DNA of 64,000 nucleotides from Candidatus Altimarinota bacterium (GTDB lineage Bacteria; Patescibacteriota; Gracilibacteria; CAIRYL01): NCBI GenBank assembly GCA_965250085.1, contig OZ252287.1, positions 160,001 to 224,000 of the forward strand, read 5' to 3'. Shown piece by piece: positions 29,194 to 37,558 of this stretch (position 1 is its first letter; each line of letters starts with the position of its first letter). The notes under the pieces were generated by a model. It saw only the letters and a program-made list of their open reading frames with translations, ran no database searches and was not told where the DNA came from. The position numbers and the translations under genes were made by a program.

Positions 29194-30351
29194 ATGAAGA
29201 AAACATTCTTTCTTTTTCTCCTCAGCATCATCGCGACCTGGAGCATGTCTCCTTCCACTCTTGGAGCGGAAGCCACTGATATAGCGTTTTCAGTAGATTG
29301 TACTGAAGAAAACATGTCCGAATGTAATCTGCTCACAGGAAATGAAACCAGAGTAGAGCTTCCCATGCCACTCAGCCAGGGAGATCGGTTTACACTCCAG
29401 TTATTTGTCCTGAATCCTGAACAGAAAGACATTGTTACTGTGAGATCATGGATTTCATATGATTCTGCTTTGATAAAGGCCATTGAGCTTTCTGACACTG
29501 GGTCCGATTTTCCACTTGCAGCTCCTGATGGAAATGAAATTGATGAAGAATTCGGACAGGTAAAAATTGGAAGAGGAGTTGCTGGAGGAGGAGTGAATCA
29601 AGAGAAGCTCTTTATCGCTCATGTGACATTTGAAATTGCTTCTGCACAAGCTCGAGATGCCAAGATATCATTTGTAAATTTCCAAAAAGAAGAACTCGGA
29701 GAAACAGGAGTGTTTATCCTTGATAAAGCCACATTTCAGCCAGAAAACATTCTTATAGAAGAACCGCGATATGTGAGACTGATTCTCAACGGAGGAGTGC
29801 AGAAACCAACAAATACTCCTAAACCTCCTCAAGAAAATAATGTTTCCGAGCAAAAACCACAAGATCAAGAGTCTAATATATTACTCCCAAAATTAGATCG
29901 CCCTGAGAACCTGAGAGTACAAGCAAAATCTGGGAGTACTCATCTCATTTGGCAACTTTCATCTGATCCAAATACAAAGGGATACTACGTATATTATTCT
30001 GAGAACTCTGGTTTTTACATTAGAAGAAGTGATGTAGGTTTCACCAATCACAAAGAATTTACAGATTTGAATCGAAACAGGACATACTATTTTGCCGTTA
30101 CTGCATATGATTCAAATGGTCAGGAAAGTGACTATTCTGATGAAGTTTCTGCAATACACGGAGTTCCTGGAAGTGAAAGTCATCCTTTTACTCTTCAAGG
30201 AGGTGAAGTCAATCATGTTTTAACAGACACATCGCAAGCTCTCGACGAAAGCGGACCTGCTGAAGCGATGCAGATCGCCTTTGGAGTCCTTGGTATATCT
30301 GTACTTTTTGGAATGTTTTTACGACGCAAACTCTTCTTTCCCTTCTCATAA
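29194..30351 (+). CDS. secreted cohesin-like + fibronectin type III protein with C-terminal sorting-like tail
   Basis: MKK signal peptide at ATG 29194; WISYD..IK cohesin-like; RPENLR..W..GYYVYY..YYFAVTAYD..ESDYS FN3; LDESGP-TM-RRK tail. Confidence 0.85.
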   Translation: MKKTFFLFLLSIIATWSMSPSTLGAEATDIAFSVDCTEENMSECNLLTGNETRVELPMPLSQGDRFTLQLFVLNPEQKDIVTVRSWISYDSALIKAIELSDTGSDFPLAAPDGNEIDEEFGQVKIGRGVAGGGVNQEKLFIAHVTFEIASAQARDAKISFVNFQKEELGETGVFILDKATFQPENILIEEPRYVRLILNGGVQKPTNTPKPPQENNVSEQKPQDQESNILLPKLDRPENLRVQAKSGSTHLIWQLSSDPNTKGYYVYYSENSGFYIRRSDVGFTNHKEFTDLNRNRTYYFAVTAYDSNGQESDYSDEVSAIHGVPGSESHPFTLQGGEVNHVLTDTSQALDESGPAEAMQIAFGVLGISVLFGMFLRRKLFFPFS

Positions 30352-30360
30352 TATTTTTAT

Positions 30361-31026
30361 ATGACCAACAGTAAATGGACTACTCTCGTAGAAGAGCGCA
30401 CAGAAAAAGCAAATGAAGCGATTTCTGAAATTCTCGATGAAGCCGAGGATGGTATTAAAGCTCGAAATAATAAAGCGATTGCTATGGGAATGGCAGCTAT
30501 AGGAGTTACCCTTATTGCCTTTGGGATTTCTCCACTTTTAGGCCTCAAGGCAAACATTAGTGAAGACAATATTTTCACGGAGCCAGAAGAAGTAGTAATA
30601 GTAGAACCTTCTGAAGACATAGAAGCATCAGAAGATTTGGATTCTATTTTTTCTCAACTAAAAGTAGATGAAAATATCCTTCCGGTAGACGAGAGTTTGA
30701 ACGAAGAAGGGAACGTAAATGTAGAAAATATTTTTGCTCAAGAAGCTCAGCCACTTAAAATGAACACACCAGAAGAGTTTGTCTTTTTACAAGATCTTGA
30801 TCCTGAACAAGATACTTCTCTCTTCCCACAAAACACTCATATTGGAGGGGTAGATAAAAATGTTATGGTGTTTGGAGAAAATGGAAAAACGACTATGATT
30901 CAAAATGAAAAATTGCACGCAGCAGCAGGACAAGACATGGCTGATGCTGGTCCGGAAATGTGGTTCGCCGGGATATTTGCAGTATTTGCAGCGTTTGCTT
31001 TGAGAAAAAGAAGGATCTTTGGATGA
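30361..31026 (+). CDS. membrane-anchored acidic protein with C-terminal sorting-like tail
   Basis: TM near residues 40-60, acidic linker, MADAGP-TM-RKRR C-terminus. Confidence 0.75.
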   Translation: MTNSKWTTLVEERTEKANEAISEILDEAEDGIKARNNKAIAMGMAAIGVTLIAFGISPLLGLKANISEDNIFTEPEEVVIVEPSEDIEASEDLDSIFSQLKVDENILPVDESLNEEGNVNVENIFAQEAQPLKMNTPEEFVFLQDLDPEQDTSLFPQNTHIGGVDKNVMVFGENGKTTMIQNEKLHAAAGQDMADAGPEMWFAGIFAVFAAFALRKRRIFG

Positions 31027-31068
31027 AGGTCATTTCCTCTTCAATTTTCTTTAAGAAAAAAGAAAGGT

Positions 31069-31644
31069 CTAGAGAGATAAAAAATTCTCTATGATTTTTT
31101 TTCCTTCAGGAGTTCCAATAGATTCTGGATGGAACTGCACTCCAAAAAATGGAAGGTTTGTATGAGATACAGCCATTATTTCCCCGTCTGATGTTTGAGC
31201 GCTCAATCGAAAGCACTTTGGCAAAGTAGCTTTTTCAGTGAGAAGAGAATGATATCTCATTGCCTTAAATGGATTTGACATATGGGCAAATATTTCTTGT
31301 CCATCATGAGATATATTGCATGTTTTTCCATGGAGTATGTTCTCGGCAGGTATAATATTGCCTCCAAATTCTAATATAATTCCCTGCATTCCAAGACAAA
31401 CTCCCAAAAGTGGAATATCGTGAATATTTTTGATGATATCTCTGCAAACTCCAAAATACTTTTTATTGGCCGGATGCCCCGGACCAGGGGAAAGAATAAT
31501 ATGTGATGGTTTTAGTCGTTGCACTTCTAAAAGCGAAATCTCATTATTTCGAAAAACCTGAGGATTTCCGCCAAGCTCCCCTACGTATTGAACGAGATTG
31601 AAAGTAAAGGAGTCAAAATTGTCGATAAGAAGAGTTTTTTTCAT
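31069..31644 (-). CDS. trpG: anthranilate/aminodeoxychorismate synthase component II (TrpG/PabA)
   Basis: IDNFDSFTFN, LSPGPG, LGVCLG, RYHSL, GVQFHPES. Confidence 0.9.
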   Translation of the reverse strand: MKKTLLIDNFDSFTFNLVQYVGELGGNPQVFRNNEISLLEVQRLKPSHIILSPGPGHPANKKYFGVCRDIIKNIHDIPLLGVCLGMQGIILEFGGNIIPAENILHGKTCNISHDGQEIFAHMSNPFKAMRYHSLLTEKATLPKCFRLSAQTSDGEIMAVSHTNLPFFGVQFHPESIGTPEGKKIIENFLSL

Positions 31645-31979
31645 TATGTTTTAAATATTTTTTGAACTTCCTCTTTGAGTTTTTCAAAATCTGCATCAAG
31701 AGCTTCTTTTTTTCCAAAAATCATGATGAGAACTTTTGGGAGATTCGTATCTTCCTTCAGGAGAATACGTACAGCTTCTGATATTCTTCTTTTTATTTGA
31801 TTTCTGTGTACAGCTTTTGGTTCTCTTTTTAAAGTAACAGCAACAGAAGCAAGAGTCTTCTCTTCTTTGCTGGGAAGCACAAAAGCAAGAAAAAATGGAG
31901 AATGGACTTTTTTTCCTTTTTTTTTGATCATTTCAATCAGTCTTTTATTTTTCAGCCGCTGATTCTGAGGAAGAGCCAT
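31644..31979 (-). CDS. rnpA: ribonuclease P protein component
   Basis: LP..RL, KGKK, AVHRNQIKRR; downstream of rpmH. Confidence 0.88.
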   Translation of the reverse strand: MALPQNQRLKNKRLIEMIKKKGKKVHSPFFLAFVLPSKEEKTLASVAVTLKREPKAVHRNQIKRRISEAVRILLKEDTNLPKVLIMIFGKKEALDADFEKLKEEVQKIFKT

Positions 31980-32055
31980 AAACGAGTCAAAAGTAAAAAG
32001 TCAGAAAGTAAAAAGTATCGCGTTCATTCTGATTCCAATGAGTTTCAAATAACAT

Positions 32056-32087
32056 AAAAAAACAGGCATCAGAATGATACCTGTTTT
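32056..32087 (-). terminator. intrinsic terminator between rpmH and rnpA
   Basis: Minus strand CAGGTATC-attct-GATGCCTG followed by T7. Confidence 0.7.
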
Positions 32088-32113
32088 CTGTTTTCTGCTC
32101 TATGTTTCATGAC

Positions 32114-32242
32114 CTATGCTGCCAATTTATGGCGTCCTTTGCTGCGTCGAGAGCGAATGACTGCCCGACCCCCAGGCCTTCTCATACGCTTGAGAAATCC
32201 ATGTCTTTTGGACCGTTTTCGCTTGTTTCCTTTAGAAAGCAT
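32114..32242 (-). CDS. rpmH: 50S ribosomal protein L34
   Basis: Manual translation MLSKGNKRKRSKRHGFLKRMRRPGGRAVIRSRRSKGRHKLAA* (42 aa, below ORF-track cutoff). Confidence 0.95.
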   Translation of the reverse strand: MLSKGNKRKRSKRHGFLKRMRRPGGRAVIRSRRSKGRHKLAA

Positions 32243-32307
32243 TTTTTATAAACTCAAAATAAGCCGGCATATTGTGGTGGAAAGAGTTTGAGAAGTCAAG
32301 ATTCTCT

Positions 32308-32742
32308 CTACTGCCCGATAACGACAAACTCCCATTCACAAACTTTTCCATTGTCTCTTGTAATAATCATGTTCAATATATGTTCTCCTTCGGGCAATGA
32401 TTGTATGACTGCTTCTTTGTCGGTGAGGGTTATACCTGCATTTTGGAGTGTTTCATCCGGAGTCCATTCTACCTTGGCTCCATCAGGGGCAGCTGAGAGT
32501 ATACGCGCACTTCCTCCTACTGGATATTCTTTTATGGATCGGAACCTACTTTTGTTTTCCTCTACTGCTGTTGATCCTGTCCTGTCATCATCTCCATAGG
32601 CAGTAGCGCCATGAAGTTGGTCGCCCAATGCACCCGTTAAGACCACTGCAGCGAGCAATGTGGTGCGAAAATGTTTTTTCAAATCTATTTGTCGCCCTCC
32701 TTCATTTTCAGGAGAAGCAGGCGGAAGTATTTCTTGTGTCAT
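32308..32742 (-). CDS. hypothetical exported protein, small beta-rich C-terminal domain
   Basis: Hydrophobic segment TLLAAVVLTGA; preceded by duplicated 59-bp leader. Confidence 0.65.
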   Translation of the reverse strand: MTQEILPPASPENEGGRQIDLKKHFRTTLLAAVVLTGALGDQLHGATAYGDDDRTGSTAVEENKSRFRSIKEYPVGGSARILSAAPDGAKVEWTPDETLQNAGITLTDKEAVIQSLPEGEHILNMIITRDNGKVCEWEFVVIGQ

Positions 32743-32798
32743 ATAAAAATATTAAACTTATTGGAGATTATGCTATCCATAAATTCTTGTCAAATTTT
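32740..32798 (-). repeat. 59-bp direct repeat copy 1 (promoter + 5'UTR + ATG)
   Basis: 57/59 identical to 33333-33391; contains TTGACA and start codon on minus strand. Confidence 0.92.
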
Positions 32799-32813
32799 AA
32801 TAGGATCAAAGAA

Positions 32814-33335
32814 TTACAAGATTTCTCCAATCATTTCTCTGAGTTCAAGTTCATCCATATAACCTTTTTGTTCTTTTTCTACTACTATCTTCCCATCTTT
32901 AAAAATCCTGATGTCAGGAATGGTACCTACATTGTATTCTTCGACTATTTTGGGGTTTTCTATAAAATCAAGCTTTCCAATTTTAATTTCCCCTGTATAT
33001 TCCGCAGCAAGACGTTCTAGGAATGGTTCCATCCTTACACATGGCTTGCACCATGGTGAAGAAAAGCTTACTAAAACAGGAATTTCGGATGAAAGAACTT
33101 CATTTTGAAAATCGGTAAATTCCTGAATATGTATTTTAACATCAGAAAGCTCATGTGATTCTTGTATTTCAAGAGTAGGAAATTCATTCAAAGTTTGACC
33201 ATCAACCGTTTTTTCCTCTTCGATGCATCCTGTTATTGCGAGGGAAACAGCAAGTATGATTGCTGGAAATGGATTTTTCTTATTAATCTGAGAAGGACTC
33301 TTTTCTCTTTCAAGAGGCAGGTATACTTCTTTCAT
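32814..33335 (-). CDS. thioredoxin-domain lipoprotein
   Basis: SLAITGC lipobox-like; EVLSSEIPVLVSFSSPWCKPC, TIP; domain closely resembles TrxA at 3281-3598. Confidence 0.85.
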   Translation of the reverse strand: MKEVYLPLEREKSPSQINKKNPFPAIILAVSLAITGCIEEEKTVDGQTLNEFPTLEIQESHELSDVKIHIQEFTDFQNEVLSSEIPVLVSFSSPWCKPCVRMEPFLERLAAEYTGEIKIGKLDFIENPKIVEEYNVGTIPDIRIFKDGKIVVEKEQKGYMDELELREMIGEIL

Positions 33336-33391
33336 ATAAAAATATTAAACTTATTGGAGATTATGCCATCCATAAATCCTTGTCAAATTTT
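33333..33391 (-). repeat. 59-bp direct repeat copy 2 (promoter + 5'UTR + ATG)
   Basis: 57/59 identical to 32740-32798. Confidence 0.92.
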
Positions 33392-33849
33392 TAGTTTTCT
33401 ATTCGATCCAAAAATAAAATTCCATCCAGATGATCGAGTTCATGTTGTACTACACGAGCGTCCATTTTGGAGAGATTGAGCTTTTGGACTCTTCCTTTTT
33501 CGTCCTCAAACTGCACTGTTATGTCCTTTGCTCTTTCTACATTCCCCCACTGTCCTGGAAGAGAAAGACACCCCTCTTCTCCTATTTCTGTTGCTTCAGA
33601 AAAATCAGTAATTTCCGGATTGATGAAAGTAAGGAAAGTATCAGAAATTTGAGCAATAAAGATACGAACATTTTGGCCCACCTGAGGCGCGGCTATTCCC
33701 ACTCCTTTTGCTATTCGTACGGTTTCTTGCATTCGATCAACAAGCTTTTTGATATCTTTGGTCACTTTGTTCACAGGTTTTGATGTTGCTCTCAAAACGG
33801 GATTGTCTTTGCCAGTAATGATTTCTAGTGTTTTTGACACGGACACCAA
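33391..33849 (-). CDS. def: peptide deformylase
   Basis: GVGIAAPQVG, EGCLS, QHELDHLDG. Confidence 0.96.
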   Translation of the reverse strand: MVSVSKTLEIITGKDNPVLRATSKPVNKVTKDIKKLVDRMQETVRIAKGVGIAAPQVGQNVRIFIAQISDTFLTFINPEITDFSEATEIGEEGCLSLPGQWGNVERAKDITVQFEDEKGRVQKLNLSKMDARVVQHELDHLDGILFLDRIEN

Positions 33850-33976
33850 TGTAAAATATAAAATTTAAAATGTAAAAAGAAATCTTAAATCTTAATCTTA
33901 AAAAGAGACAGTTTTATTGTTTAGGATTTAAAAATTAGAATTTGTTTTAAAATTTTGAATTATAAATTTTAAATTT
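33850..33976. repeat. AT-rich ~7-nt periodic intergenic element
   Basis: tgtaaaa/tataaaa/tttaaaa/tgtaaaa then aaatctt repeats and complementary-like ttttaaa/ttttgaa/ttataaa units. Confidence 0.55.
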
Positions 33977-33989
33977 CTTAGGCTCCAGT

Positions 33990-34976
33990 CTAAAACAACG
34001 TTCCCTGCAATGCTTCTTCTATATGAAGTCCTGGTGATCTTTTGTCAAAGTTGACTTGATACCCCTGCAGATCTTTGGTATTTAAGAGAATCTTTTCGGT
34101 ATCTGTTTCCAGCAAGAGGGATGCACCTTTGACACTGAGGACTGTGCCACTTACTGATTCCCCTTCCAAGAGCTTCAGCTCATGGAGGGGCTTTGGGGAA
34201 TTGAGACCATTTTGAAGATGGTAGATCTGATCAAATTTTTCGAGGATGGGAGGATCGAGTATGAATTCTTTTGCTTCTGGAAGGTCGAAAACAAGAGAAG
34301 GGAGATATTTTTGGAATGCATTCTCTAAAATTTTCTGAGCCTGAACTTCTGTGATTGCTGGAGATAGAAAAAACTTTTTTTGAGAAATATGTATCTTATC
34401 AGGAATGCCGCATTTAGTGAGAAATTTTTCTATCTGCCGTGCCAATATTCCGCCAATGCCTTTTGCAATAACGAGGGCATAGTGACTCCCCTGCTCTATC
34501 TGTCTCAAGTATCCTCTGCTGGTCGATGAAACTCCGACTTTATAGACACTTGTGCCAAAAAAAGCCAGATACACATAGTGCGGCACATTTATCCGCTCAA
34601 GATCTTCTGGAGAAAATAATTCCAGATTATATCCATCACAAAATTGTTCTACCATGAGTCCTTCTTTTTGTTTGCAGTCTGCGCATCTCTTCGTTCCTTT
34701 TGTGCCATGAGGACATGCATGCCTCTCGCCGTTTTTATAATATCCAATGCAGTCCGGACCACTGATGATCTCTAGGGAAAGGTTTTTCCCAAAAAGAACG
34801 GGAAGAGACTCTATAGAATCGCTTTCCCGAATGTGAAATTCGGGACAGTGTTCGTCTTTCCATCGAAATTCTAAAACATGAGGCACTTGGAGTTCTTCTA
34901 AAAGAGGATCCCATTGTAATGACAAGCTTGTTGGTGAGCAAGGTGGCAAAAGAAACTCACCTCGTTTGAGCCTCAT
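33990..34976 (-). CDS. DUF2797 family protein (Cys-containing)
   Basis: C..CP..CxxC, PHYVYLA, KVGVS, RQIEQG; ATGA overlap with upstream repeat gene. Confidence 0.75.
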   Translation of the reverse strand: MRLKRGEFLLPPCSPTSLSLQWDPLLEELQVPHVLEFRWKDEHCPEFHIRESDSIESLPVLFGKNLSLEIISGPDCIGYYKNGERHACPHGTKGTKRCADCKQKEGLMVEQFCDGYNLELFSPEDLERINVPHYVYLAFFGTSVYKVGVSSTSRGYLRQIEQGSHYALVIAKGIGGILARQIEKFLTKCGIPDKIHISQKKFFLSPAITEVQAQKILENAFQKYLPSLVFDLPEAKEFILDPPILEKFDQIYHLQNGLNSPKPLHELKLLEGESVSGTVLSVKGASLLLETDTEKILLNTKDLQGYQVNFDKRSPGLHIEEALQGTLF

Positions 34977-36361
34977 GCTCTCTGTTCCATACGACGAATA
35001 AATACTTCAGGATCTTCGATATTATTAAAAATGACATATCGCAAAACAAACTCGTCCGTATGACGGTATTTACTACGAAGTTCTCTTAAGAGAAATAGCT
35101 CTTTACCCTTAAGTATTTCAGGAACTAATGCTTTTTCTATAAACCTTTCTGGATCTCTAAGACTTTTGATAGCAGCGTGCCTTAGAATCCCTACTCCAAT
35201 TCTAGGATAACGTCTTTTCAATTCTTTTAGTGTTTCCAATACTCTCTCGATAAAGCCTTCTGGATCTAAGGGATTGTTGACGGCTGCATACTTCAGAATC
35301 CATACATCGACTTTCGGATACTGTTCCTCCAATTCTTTTAATGTTTCCAATACTCTCTTGATAAAGCCTTCCGGGTCTGCGGAATTGTTGAGAGCTGCAC
35401 GCTTCAAAATCGATACATCGACCTTAGGATACTTTACTTTTAGTTTTTCTATTTTTTCCATCACTCTCTCAATAAATTCTTCTGGGTTCTTAGGATGGTT
35501 GGCAGCTGCATGCTTCAAAATTTTTACATCGACCTTAGGATACTTTACTTTTAGTTTTTCTATTTTTTCCACCACTCTCTCGATAAAGCTTTCTGGGTCT
35601 GTGAGGTAATGAGTAGCTGCACGTTTCAAAATTCCTGCATCGACCTTAGGATACTTTACTTTTAGTTTTTCTATTTTTTCCACCACTCTCTCGATAAAGC
35701 TTTCTGGGTTTTTAGGAAAGCCGACAGCTGCATACTTTAGAATCGATGCATCGACCTGAGGATACTTTGCTTTTAGTTCTCCCATTTTTTCCACCAGTCT
35801 CTCGATAAACTTTTTTGGGTTTTTAGGATTGTTTGCAGCTGCATGCTTCAAAATCCCTACGTTAATTTCAGAGTATCTTTCTATAAACTCTTGCATACTT
35901 CCAGCGGTGAATGATTTTATGTATTTTTTGCTTGGAGAAAACCCCTGTGTTGCCAGTGCTCCTGTCTGCAAAACCGCCTGCTTGGTTACTTCTGTAATGA
36001 AAGTTTCCCAATTCTTTCGTGTTTCATACGCTTCTCCCTTATCTATGTATCCTTTGTTGCTTGCTCGTAAAAAAGCTTTGATCAGAGATCGCAGAGCACT
36101 TTGAATATGTTCAATATTTTCTTCTCCACCAATTAAATGTCTCAGAATATCACGACTATTCAGAAGTTGGTGAACCACTTCTTCTGCTGTATCAATATAT
36201 TGTTGGTCGAGCGAAGAAAAAGGTCCTCCTACAGAAACATCCGGATAACGAAAATACTCCTGAAATTTTTGGAGCAGTGCAAATGATCTCTCTAAACGCT
36301 CATTAATGGCACCTTGTGCCTCTTCAATATGGTGCGCCGATGTCGGCACAGAAGAAAGCAT
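34973..36361 (-). CDS. orphan protein with eight 37-aa helical tandem repeats
   Basis: Repeat KYPKVDxxILKxAAxxxxxDPExFIERVxEKxxxLK; 111-bp DNA periodicity. Confidence 0.88.
   Translation of the reverse strand: MLSSVPTSAHHIEEAQGAINERLERSFALLQKFQEYFRYPDVSVGGPFSSLDQQYIDTAEEVVHQLLNSRDILRHLIGGEENIEHIQSALRSLIKAFLRASNKGYIDKGEAYETRKNWETFITEVTKQAVLQTGALATQGFSPSKKYIKSFTAGSMQEFIERYSEINVGILKHAAANNPKNPKKFIERLVEKMGELKAKYPQVDASILKYAAVGFPKNPESFIERVVEKIEKLKVKYPKVDAGILKRAATHYLTDPESFIERVVEKIEKLKVKYPKVDVKILKHAAANHPKNPEEFIERVMEKIEKLKVKYPKVDVSILKRAALNNSADPEGFIKRVLETLKELEEQYPKVDVWILKYAAVNNPLDPEGFIERVLETLKELKRRYPRIGVGILRHAAIKSLRDPERFIEKALVPEILKGKELFLLRELRSKYRHTDEFVLRYVIFNNIEDPEVFIRRMEQRA
34985..35882 (-). repeat. 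111-bp coding tandem repeat (7 clear units + 1 degenerate)
   Basis: cgac anchor at 35308, 35419, 35530, 35641, 35752 (spacing exactly 111). Confidence 0.92.
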
Positions 36362-36433
36362 TTTTTTAGAACATATAAAAGAACATTATTTAATAGAAAA
36401 TAATGGAAGATGTCAATATCTTAATATCTCTTC

Positions 36434-37558
36434 TTATTCTTCCCCATCCGGAATATTGACTCCATGGCGATTGATCAGTTTCCGGAGAGCTTCTTTTTGT
36501 TTTTTGAGGAATTTGGTTTGTACGTCTACGATAATCGCGGTTTCTTGTACTTCATTTTTCCAGTATTCGGCAGTAGAAGTGCCCAAGACAGCAAACACTG
36601 AAGCATCAATATATTTTTCTCCTTTCAGAATCTCTTCAGTAATTTTTGATTGTTCTTCTTCCAGGCTCAAAAAGGCATCGTTGAGTTGGTCTTTTTTGAG
36701 AGCTGCATTTTCTCTCTTGGCTCTTGTCCCCTCTTTATCGTCTGTGAAGTAATCCTGCAAACCTCTTCTCGCACCTGCGTTCTCCTCTTGGCTTCCAAAA
36801 TATCGCTCATAGTCCAAAAGCTTTGTGAGAGAATTATTTTTTATCCAGCTCGACGCTTGTTTTTTTGCCTGTTTTTGTATTCCCTTTCGAGTTTCCCCGG
36901 AAAAAGCATTCTTCCAGCCTTGCGTCTTCAAAATATCCTTCCATTTGGGTCCGGTTGTCAGTTGTTTAATTTTGTCTTTAAGCTCAGAGAACTTTTGAGC
37001 AATCAGTGATGTTTTTCCTTCTCCTCCTCCCTCGCAATTTGCTTTTATATATTTCTCATCAAAGTACACACTCTCTTCGTGTCTACTGCAGGATCGTAGT
37101 GTGGCGATTTCTTTTTGCAAATCATCAATTTCATCCAGATATGTAGGAGTTTTGAGGGCAATCAGGCGTATAGCACTGAGCATATCTTCCAAATCATTTA
37201 CATCTTTGCGAATACAGGCAGATTTTCCGAGGAGCAAAAATGTTTCCTGAAAGTACAGTCGTGTCGAAAATGACCGCAGCCGAAACTCACTGCGCATGGA
37301 GATGTTGTCAGTACTTTGGTTCAGTACCAGGCTCTGCTCATGTTCGACAGTGATTTTTTTAAGAAGCTCTTTTGCTTTATATTCAATGGTCTGAAAAGCC
37401 GCTTTCTCAGAGCCAGCAAATTTTTCATCATATGTCTGCTGATAGGTTTCAGTAAATGCTTCGCACTTTTGCGGTATTTTGGCAGATGCTTCTCCCAGAA
37501 AAGAAAAACTTGCAAAAAAGAGAAAAGTGCCAAGGATGAAATATTTTTTAAGCATCAT
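36434..37558 (-). CDS. secreted helical Cys-containing hypothetical protein (last gene of giant-protein operon)
   Basis: Signal peptide (M)LKKYFILGTFLFF..ASA; ATGA overlap with upstream stop. Confidence 0.8.
   Translation of the reverse strand: MMLKKYFILGTFLFFASFSFLGEASAKIPQKCEAFTETYQQTYDEKFAGSEKAAFQTIEYKAKELLKKITVEHEQSLVLNQSTDNISMRSEFRLRSFSTRLYFQETFLLLGKSACIRKDVNDLEDMLSAIRLIALKTPTYLDEIDDLQKEIATLRSCSRHEESVYFDEKYIKANCEGGGEGKTSLIAQKFSELKDKIKQLTTGPKWKDILKTQGWKNAFSGETRKGIQKQAKKQASSWIKNNSLTKLLDYERYFGSQEENAGARRGLQDYFTDDKEGTRAKRENAALKKDQLNDAFLSLEEEQSKITEEILKGEKYIDASVFAVLGTSTAEYWKNEVQETAIIVDVQTKFLKKQKEALRKLINRHGVNIPDGEE

Noticed and set aside
32740-33391. 59-bp direct repeats as attL/attR or IS ends
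   Set aside because: No integrase, transposase or tRNA; repeats include promoter and start codon of the adjacent genes
34985-35882. Possible CRISPR array
   Set aside because: Units are 111-bp in-frame coding repeats with homologous, not unique, intervening sequence; no cas genes
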